Below are positions 54,844 to 64,000 of a stretch of DNA of 64,000 bases, in pieces. The translations under genes were made by a program, and so were the position numbers. Origin of the DNA: Octopus vulgaris (taxonomy: Eukaryota); NCBI GenBank assembly GCA_951406725.2, contig OX597819.1:54994001-55058000 (forward strand). The letters run 5' to 3'. How positions within the stretch are numbered: the first letter of the stretch is position 1; the number at the start of each line of letters is the position of its first letter. Below the pieces are notes generated by a model. That model did no database searches. It was not told where the DNA came from and was given only the letters and a program-made list of their open reading frames with translations.

Positions 54844-55106
54844 CAACAACTACAACGAAAAATATCTTAGGAATGAGAACCTAAGTTCAAAATTTCCCCA
54901 AGATACCTGATGAAGCCTGGAGGGTATATCAGCCGAAACATTGTGTTAACAACAAAGAAGATGAGGACAAATATCCGTCAAATGTAAATAATGTACATAA
55001 TTCCTCATCTCTTAAATATAGAACTGTAAAAATAATACATATTGTCCAAAATTCTACAGTTTCTCTCAGTTCGTATTCTCAGTAGCCATAGTAACGATGA
55101 CGTCAC
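54693..55106 (+). mobile_element. tRNA-like head + (AAT)n + hammerhead repeat H3
   Basis: GTAGTGGTTAAGAGCG...GTTCGATTCC, (AAT)n, CTGATGA 54907-54913, GAAA 54935-54938. Confidence 0.75.
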
Positions 55107-55266
55107 TGCTGCTATTGCCTTTGAATCCCGAAGTATTCGTCTGATGAGACACCAAGAGAAATGACTCGCTATAATAGGGAAAGGGGGAGCAAACAATAAA
55201 TAAGTAAGGTCACATGTTTGTGAAGATTAAAACGTAAAGCAGTGCCTCCTACTGGTCTTTTAATAA

Positions 55267-55660
55267 ACCAATAAGGGAGAGTCTACGCGGTCGCTTGACC
55301 TGATAGAAATAGCGATTAAATTTCTCTCAAATCATACTCACCATCTTAACGTAGAATGGACAAATTAGATTGTGTATGTGTGTATCTATATGTCTATAAA
55401 GATGTATATGTGTATGTATATGTATGTATATGTATATGAATATATATATATATATTATATATATGAATGTATATGTGTATACATATGTATATGTGTGTGC
55501 ATATATATATATATGTAACGACATCTCTATGTGTGTGTTGTTTGTATGTATGTATCCTAGACAATCGCACAAAAAAAAGGCAGTATTGAAATGGCTGGAA
55601 TGCCTTTGATCAAAGTTTTGCTCAATAAATTGCTCTCATCCGGGGATAAACACTAAACAA
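55267..55660 (+). mobile_element. Family E element split by a microsatellite
   Basis: Head GGGAGAGTCTACGCGGTCGCTTGACCTGATAGAAATAGC; tail GGCTGGAATGCCTTTGATC...GGGGATAAACA. Confidence 0.7.
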
Positions 55661-55697
55661 CGGCGACTACGACGACGACGACATCAAGAACATCCTC

Positions 55698-55731
<34 letters not shown>

Positions 55732-56143
55732 GCAACAACAACAACAACAGCAACAACATCAACTACAACAAAATCTTTTAAGCTTGGTGTGGGGTAAACG
55801 AATCCACTACAAAGTTAGCATCGGATTAATGATATACAGTTATGGGGTGGGACTTTATCGCTCATCGATAGAAGGGCTACAAACACATATTATGAATGAG
55901 CTATAAATGGGGGTGGGGAGGGAAAATAAGGCAAAATAAAAGGAGAGCAACTTGTACACAATTTACTTGTCAAAATGCGAATGTATTTTGATAAATAAAA
56001 TGATGTTTCTATTCAATGAAAGAGATTGTGCTTGTTTTCCTTTTGTTTAGTTTTTGTATTTTGTCGCTTTAATTTTTTAATATCCGCACCCCAAAATCAA
56101 AATAATAATAATAACAATGATGATTATGATGAGGATGAGGATG

Positions 56144-56187
<44 letters not shown>

Positions 56188-56563
56188 CAAACATAACACA
56201 AACAAACAAAGTCATGCTGCTTTTACAATATTGAAAAATGCATCTGCCGTTTCCGTCAGCGAAGAGAATCTGAAGCAAAATGTTCGATAATGGTGATTTG
56301 ATAGCAGGAAATCCTGACTATTTTTCAATTTTTATCCTTCACTAAGATTCGGTTTGAATTTCTATCTGCTAAAGAGAGTCGAAATCAAATTATCGCCATC
56401 ACTGGTTATTATTGTTGTTGTTGATGTCGTTTACCAATCTCCTGCTCTTTCCTCCACTCCCTCTCCCCGTCCTCCTCTTTTCTTCTTCTTCTTCTTCCCC
56501 TCCTTCTCTTCTTCACCCTCTTCCTCTTTCTCCTCTTCCTATTGTCCCTCCTCTTCCCTATTT

Positions 56564-56600
<37 letters not shown>

Positions 56601-56687
56601 CAGTAGCATCATTATCATCATCAGCGGTAGTAATAGCAGTAGGGGTACTAGTAGTTGTTTCATCATCATCCTCATCATCATCATCAC

Positions 56688-56802
56688 AGGGATACAGGCA
56701 TCCAGCAACAGGACCTCCATAATGCTATGATGGACCGTGAAGTCTGGCGTAGCATAGTAAATTCCACTGTCTCGACCACGGTCGAACAATGATGATGATG
56801 AT
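56688..56802 (+). mobile_element. RTE-clade LINE extreme 3' end
   Basis: RDTGIQQQDLHNAMMDREVWRSIVNSTVSTTVEQ* followed by a (TGA)n tail. Confidence 0.75.
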
Positions 56803-56817
56803 CATCATCATCATCAA

Positions 56818-56860
<43 letters not shown>

Positions 56861-57019
56861 CGTAGTAATTTTGATTCACCCTGTTGCATGTTTTCCATTT
56901 GTGACATTGGAATAAAATGTCTGAATCTCAGACTTTAAACATCCGATATTTTCATACTTCGTCGTGTTTTCTGTTTCTCCGACCACGCTTCATCGCCTCA
57001 AATGGGCGGCGAAGCGTGG

Positions 57020-57474
57020 TCATACAAAGGACGCATAGCATTCGACCAGTCGCAATGGTGACCGTCGTTCAACAGTATGACTTAAGTCTTGTATGATTTA
57101 CCAGCTGTACAATATCACAACTCCACCGAAAATGTGCTACTTCAAAACTGTTAAAGTATTAACACTTACCCTATTTTAACGTGTATAAGGAAGACCCTAA
57201 ATTTGGGGGGCTTAAAATTTGGCAAAAAGGTTTTGTAAGGGATTATAATACTATCCATGTATACTCTTTTACTCTTTTACTTGTTTCAGTCATTTGACTG
57301 TGGCCATGCTGGAGCACCACCTTTTGTCGAAGAAATCGACCCCAGGACTTATTCTTTGTAAGCCTAGTATTTATTCTATCGGTCTCTTTTGCCGAACCGC
57401 TAGGTTACTGGGACGTAAACACACCATCATCGGTTGTCAAGCGAAGTTGGGGGACAAACACACACACACACACA

Positions 57475-57508
<34 letters not shown>

Positions 57509-57870
57509 GTACGACGGGCTTCTTTCAGTTTCCGTCAACCAAATCTACTCACAAGGCTTTGGTCGGCCCAAGGCTATAGTAGAAGACACTTGCCCAAGGT
57601 GCCACGCAGTGGGACTGAACCCAGAACCATGTGGTTGGTAAGCAAGCTACTTACCACACAGCCACTCCTGCACCCAAAATTTATGGGGTTCCTTATACAC
57701 GTTAAAATAGGGCAAGTGTTGAATGCTGTAACAGTTTAGAAGTAGCACATTCTCGGTGGAGTTGTGATATTGTACAGCTGGTAAATCATACAAGACCAAG
57801 TCACGACGGTCACCATTGTGTACGACGGTCACCATTGCGAATGGTCGAACGCTATGCATCCTTTGAAAGA
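57020..57870. repeat. ~190-bp inverted repeat enclosing a family A SINE (57268-57672, minus)
   Basis: 57025-57208 pairs with 57673-57865. Confidence 0.88.
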
Positions 57871-58262
57871 AAAAAGAAAAAATCTCTCCTCTGTCTTGTA
57901 ATGTTCTAACATGGAGGAAGGACTGATTGACCAATGAAGGGCGCTGTAGCATGAACTCAAAAGATACAATATTCATAGAGGTACTCTTTGCCAGACTAAT
58001 GTACTTGAATAGAGCAACAGTATAATGGATAAGGGGTACACATTGCTTGGGGGGGGGGGAGCAACGGTATAAACACGAGTATCAAGGTTTGCATCGCCAT
58101 AAAAGGAAAGCAAACAGTATTACAGTTAAATTAGAACAGGAACCAAATGCTATTTGAACAAAAAACCCAAACGGATAACAAGTTCAAGAATACTTATCGG
58201 AAAGCGATGCTATGCCATTTTAATCACTATTAATGTTTCTACGGTGATCGATATGATATTAT

Positions 58263-58325
<63 letters not shown>

Positions 58326-58655
58326 GGGTGATGATGATGATGATGATGATGACGATGAGGAGGAGGATGGTGATGATGATGATGATGATGATGATGATGA
58401 CGATGATGATGATGATGATGATGATGATGATAGGATGAGGAGGAGGAGGAGGAGGAGGAGAAAAAGGACGACAAAGGTGACGACGACGACGAGGATGACG
58501 ATGGCGATGGAGAAGGGGATGACGATGATGATGATGATGACGAAGACGACGATGTCATTGTGGTCATCATCATCACCATGACAACGACGGTGATGATGAT
58601 GACGATGACGTCGACATCGACGGTGACGTCGACATCGACGGTGACGTCGAGGATA

Positions 58656-58687
<32 letters not shown>

Positions 58688-60302
58688 ACTTAAACCTCAA
58701 GTCTACTCTAATCAAGTTCACCTGTGATCGAAGGCTAAACGTTACACGAATCGATGTCTGAAACTGAACCACGGCGACCGAGAGCAGAAAGCACTGAAAG
58801 AGATCGATTCACTTCTGACAGTCAAGGTATTTCCTATAGGCAGTCTCACCCAGCTATCGATGGTCTACATATGGAGATGATGCCGACGACGACGACGACG
58901 ACAATAATGATGCTGGTGATGATGATGACTATAATGATACTGATGCTGATGATGATGATGACGAAAATGATGTTGACGAAAATGATTTTGACAACGATGC
59001 TGCTGCTGATGATGATGATGACAGTAATGATGCTGGGGCTGATGATGACGAAGATGATGTTGACGACGATGCTGCTGCTGATGATGATGATGACAGTAAT
59101 GATGCTGGGGCTGATGATGACGAAGATGATGTTGACGAAGATGATGTTGACGAGGATGATGACAATAATGATACTGATGCTGATGATAATGACGAAGATG
59201 ATGTTGACGGCGATAATGATGCTGCTGCTTATGATGATGACAGTAATGATGCTGATACTGATGATGATGATGACGAAAATGATGTTGACGACGATGATGA
59301 TTGCTGACGATATTGTTATTTCCAGTATTGTTTCTTGTTATCGTTGTTTGTCATTGTTTTTTTTTGTTATTTGTTTTTACCTTTTATTTTTGTTGCTGTT
59401 GTTCTTATGCTTATAATTACTGATAATGTTATCATTGTTGTTTTTGTTGTTGTTTCATTTGTGCCTCTTTAATGTTGCTGTAACTATTGCCGTCGCTCTT
59501 GTTGCTATTACTGCAACTGTTATTAATATTATATTTCTTACGCTGCATTCCACTTTCTTTCCTGTTGTTGCTTTCATTATAGTCGTTGTTGTTATTGTTG
59601 TTGAGTAGTAGTAGTAGTAGTAAGTAGTAGTAGTAAGTTTTTGTTGTTGTTATCGTCGTTGTCTTAGTACAATAATTACTATTATAGTTTTAGAACGTTG
59701 AGCTCTTTCCTCCGAGGCGTGTAACGTAATCTCGTTATTTTCAGTTTTAAAGAACTTATTTCTTTTCGCTCTTGAAATATCATAGGAAAGTATATATATG
59801 TATATATATATATATATATATGAAGAAAAAAAGCTACAAGAAATATCATAATGAAAAAAGAAATACACCATAAAAAAGATAATTTACAAACAAACGAAAA
59901 CAAGCAGAAAAAGAAATCGTTTCATCTTAATTCCCAATAGAGAAATATGGTGGCAGGTGAGATTTGATTCAGCGAGAAAAGTATGAAAAATGAATAATCC
60001 TTGTAGACTAGAAGCAAAAAGAAATAGAAAGAAATCCTATTATATACAGAAGAGAGACATACTACACCTGGGTACATACATACTCACAGCAATAATTTGT
60101 GGAGGAAGTAAATATATGAAATAAACAGAAAATACAGAAAAATGCAGACTGGACGAAATCCGATTGACGTTCAGATTAATGGCCAATAGTGATTACTAAT
60201 GTGGACTTGTGTAAATGCCGCATTTTATAATCGTTGCTGTTTCGATTTTAGTGCATGAATTTTATAGATCTTCATAATATCGTTTCCACATATCCGTTAT
60301 TG

Positions 60303-60365
<63 letters not shown>

Positions 60366-60373
60366 TATTATTA

Positions 60374-60420
<47 letters not shown>

Positions 60421-61104
60421 TGAAAACCCACAGCTTATTTTGCTAGGTATGATGGAAAGGGTCAGCTGTCCGCAGCCAGCAGACTAAGGTGACACTCGTT
60501 TACTGGTCATGCTTCGAGAACCCTGCGAAGAATTCTTGCAGTTCCAAGCAATGCTGTGTTTTGTAGGTGTTCTACCTTCACACTAGTTCCTATCTTTCTC
60601 AGCCACGTTGGTAGTTGAGTGCTGATACTTCCAAGTGCACCAATTACTATTGGTATCTCGTCTACTCTCTTCATTGACCTCAACCTTCGTATTTCCCACT
60701 TAAATCGTCATAATTGTTTTATTTTCTCTTCTTTCACATTGATCCTGTTGTCACCGGGGCCTGCTATGTCGATTATCATACATGTTCTTTCTTTTTTATT
60801 CACCACAGTAATGTCCGGTTTCCTATGTCTAATCGGGTGATCGCACTGGATCATTGCATCCCACAGGATTTTGCAAATTCTCATTTTCGGTGATTCCTTC
60901 TGGAGTTTTCTCATACCACGACTTTGCTCTTTCTAAGCCGTGATTTCCACAGCTTCCAATGGATCATTCTTGTCGCATTGTCGTGGCGTTTTTTTGTATT
61001 CGCATTGTGCCAATTTCGGCCATTCGCTAGCGATGTGCCATACCGTTTCACCCCTCTCACCACACATTCTGCATTTGTCGCTACCGGTAGTGTTGTCTAT
61101 TCTA
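60421..61104 (-). mobile_element. R4/Dong-like LINE 3' portion
   Basis: Reverse complement encodes KCRMCG, ILWD..IQCD....RKPDI...IIDIAGP, LQNTALLGTARILRRVLEA*; ends at (AAT)n. Confidence 0.92.
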
Positions 61105-61297
61105 TTGTTGTTGTTGTTGTTATTGTGTTGAGTTCAAATTCCGTCTTAGTTGACTTTGCCTTTTATCCTTTCGGAGTCGATGAAATAAGTACCAGTTGAA
61201 CACTGGGGTCAATTTAAATCGATTATTCCCATACCCCAAAGTTTCAGGTCTTGTGCCTATAAGGATTATTATTACTATTGTTGTTGTTGTTGTTAGA

Positions 61298-61860
61298 AAA
61301 ACTGGAACGAGGTAACGAAAAGGGTGGCCAATCTCACCCAGAAATGGGCCTAGAGGAATCTATCCCAGAAAGGTCGAGTCGAGGTGGCAAATGCGTACAT
61401 CGCATCCGTCATCTATTACCGCTTGACCGTCGTCCCTTGCCCCGATTGCTGGTTAACCAAACTGGTGCGCTTACTCTTCTACTTTCTGTGGAAGGGGCAA
61501 GCTCCACTGGTCAGGCGCTTCATCTGCAAACATACGCTCAGACTACGACATCTTAAGCGTTTCTTGGACAGTGAGCAGGTGTGGTCGCCGTTTGTCAGAC
61601 TCGCCTTTCTACAGCTCGTCTCTTTGACTGAGCTGCAATCTTGGACCTAGCGTAGACCGATAAAGGGCGCTTGGAACCTCGAGTGCCGTCAAGCACTCAC
61701 AGCTCTTCGCCAGACGGGCAATACGGTCGGTGGTAGTTCCACTCTAGCGTTCTATAGAGGGTTAATGGAGGGAAAGTGCGACGACGTTCTCGAGGAAACT
61801 CTGGTCGTTGATGACGATCAACTAACCGGTCTGTTTCAGAGAACTTTCGGGCCTTGGCTG
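61298..61860 (+). mobile_element. L1/Tx1-clade LINE ORF2 fragment
   Basis: RNLSQKGRVEVANAYIASVIYYRL...LFYFLWKG matches the post-RT LS..GR..L...FLW pattern. Confidence 0.75.
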
Positions 61861-61959
61861 AAATCCCTTGGCTGAAAAAGGGTGGTTTAGCCTCCAACTG
61901 ACGAAGTTTCTCCATTAGGGATTGACACTCCAGTTTTATTAACGGTGGAAAAGTGAGAT

Positions 61960-62372
61960 AGTTATGAAAGACTTTTAAGACCAAATGGTCAGGAAAACTG
62001 ACGGAAAGGGTCTTGCTCCACCACACAAGCCCTTGCTTTCAATGGCTGCTAAGTGTGGTTGTGGCTTTGAACTGGTTGATTACACTCCCTTTTCTTCTGA
62101 TTTGGCCCCATGTGACTACAACCTGTTCCTTAACATGAAAAAGCACTTGGTTAGGAACCAGTATCGCAGTGATGATGACGCCATATCTGATGTTAATTAC
62201 TTTTTTGCGTAACTGGATAAAAGCTTCTTCCTCAATGGGATCCAAGTACTGCAACATCGTTGGAAGAAGTGTGTGGATCGCAAGAAAGACTATGTTGAAA
62301 AATTAACCTCATGTGGTCACATTCCATGAGAGTATCGTGGTCAGCCTATGAACTTTTCAGCTGACCCTCGTA
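61960..62372 (+). mobile_element. mariner transposase 3' fragment with TIR
   Basis: PFSSDLAPCDYNLF (YSPDLAP.D motif)...GIQVLQHRWKKCVDRKKDYVEK*; ends ACTTTTCAGCTGACCCTCG|TA. Confidence 0.9.
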
Positions 62373-63774
62373 TAACTGAATTGATTGAAGTAACGCGAAA
62401 TAAAATATCTTGCTCAGCTGACCTGTCCAGGAACTGAACGCACGAGCTTACGATTATGAACTGAAGCCTTTAATTTCTAGGCGTAGGCATCTTCACAAAT
62501 ACGATATGCATGACATCTATATTATCAAACGTTAACGCAGTAATTCTGTATGCTTGAATTACATCATTTCATTTACCATGGCACATCAGGATTTCCAAAT
62601 ACCATGAGTGTTTTGGTTTACCTTGAAATGTTTTACAACGAAATACCAGTATTCCCTGCTGATAATATGTAATTTAGGGAGTGTACTTATCTTATCCTTT
62701 TTTTAAATTCATTTTTGCTGTTATTGTCCATTTACTTTCGTATGTTATATACTTTCTCAGTTCATCACGTGATTATCCAGATAGCATAATGTTATACAAG
62801 TACGATGCTTTACTATTAAGTCGTTGCTAATTTTTCCTATCTTCTTTCCTCTGAAGACTGGTTCTTATATTACATTACCAAATTCTAAATTATGTTTAGC
62901 TTACAGGATGTTATCTTTTCACATCTACTCACGAATGTACTCCATCAAAGTTGCCATGTACGCCATAGTAATAAAATATTTTGTGCAAAATTTATGACCT
63001 TATTTATTGAGCTACCTTATTTTCTCGCTCAGTAGAAGAGCCCCATGATTTCAATCTTAGAATATGTAAAAATCTAGTGATTTCACTTATGGTACAGAGA
63101 TCAGTCAGACAACGTCGTTTGTATCTTCACAAAGTTTGTTTTTAAATACTTGTATGTTTGGGAAAGATCACTGTGAAAGACAGATTGATAATAGGTTTGG
63201 AACATGGATAACATAAAAACTATCTAGTAGTTCTCAAACGCAAACAATAGATAAGAGCAAGTGGGGGAGACTTTGCGTAATTGATCGACCTTCAAGTAAT
63301 AGCAACCAGATCTCTCTCAAAGCACACTCCAATTATAATAGAACAGGACTTCTCGACTCATATTCGTTCAATTTACACACAGGTAGCTTTTTGAGATAAA
63401 TTCCGTCCCCCTCTCACTCTGTTATCTTCAGTTATTTGAGTTTAGCTCTTCTGCCACAATAAAACTTCAGGCGAAGAGGAAATTTAAAATACTGTTGTTA
63501 AGCATTGTTAATTGGAACACAAATAACTATTTCATATTTTGGCTCAAGGCCAACGCTTTTCCTAGAGGCAAAGGGGGTTAGTCGATTGCATAGACCCCCA
63601 CTATTTGACTAGTATTCTATTTTGTCGACCCTCAAGGGATGACAGGCAAAGTTGACCTCGGCGGGATTTGAACTCAAAACGTAAAGAACCGGAAGAATTT
63701 CCACCAAGCACTTTGTCCGATGTGCTACCAATTCTTCCTGGTCACCATCTTGTTTTACGCACATGCATAGGCAC

Positions 63775-64000
63775 AGGCGCGGCTGTGTGGTAAGAAGTTT
63801 GCTTCCCAACTAATGGTTCCGAGTTCAGACCCACTGCGTGGCACCTTGGGCAAACGTCTTCTACTCTAGCCTTAGGTCGACCAAAATCTTGTGGGTAGAT
63901 TTGGTAGACAGAAACTGAAAGAAGCTCATCGTATATGTGTGTGTATGCGTATGCGTATGTGTGTGTGTGTGTTTGTGAGTGCATGTGTGTGTGTGTGTGT
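63775..64000 (+). mobile_element. SINE family A 5' half, runs off the window
   Basis: Consensus match. Confidence 0.88.

Noticed and set aside
58690-58830. Possible short exon (MSETEPRR...Q|GT on plus, or LGRRGSVSD on minus)
   Set aside because: Weak splice signals, no recognisable homology and no partner exons

Overview
AT-rich, microsatellite-saturated animal DNA with no confidently supported host protein-coding gene. The SINE families and repeat landscape suggest a cephalopod (Octopus-like) intergenic or intronic region; this is inference. Nearly all listed ORFs are microsatellite or SINE translations. The real coding signal consists of decayed transposon fragments: six R4/Dong-like RLE LINE pieces, two RTE pieces, one L1/Tx1, one mariner and one hAT. 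Also present are four tRNA-headed SINE families, hAT/Merlin/Tc1 MITEs, Helitron/Helentron derivatives and an LTR remnant. Highlights: (1) At least four sequence-distinct families of small non-coding elements carry type I hammerhead ribozyme motifs. They include a 432-bp 1.4-mer whose left end lies within 2-5 nt of the predicted cleavage site (retrozyme-like) and a tRNA-promoter + (AAT)n + hammerhead element. (2) A SINE with an L1/Tx1-like tail appears to insert at one fixed site in its own head, and a putative LINE 3' end joins the same site elsewhere in the window. All alignments and folds were done by eye, so boundaries may be off by several nt.
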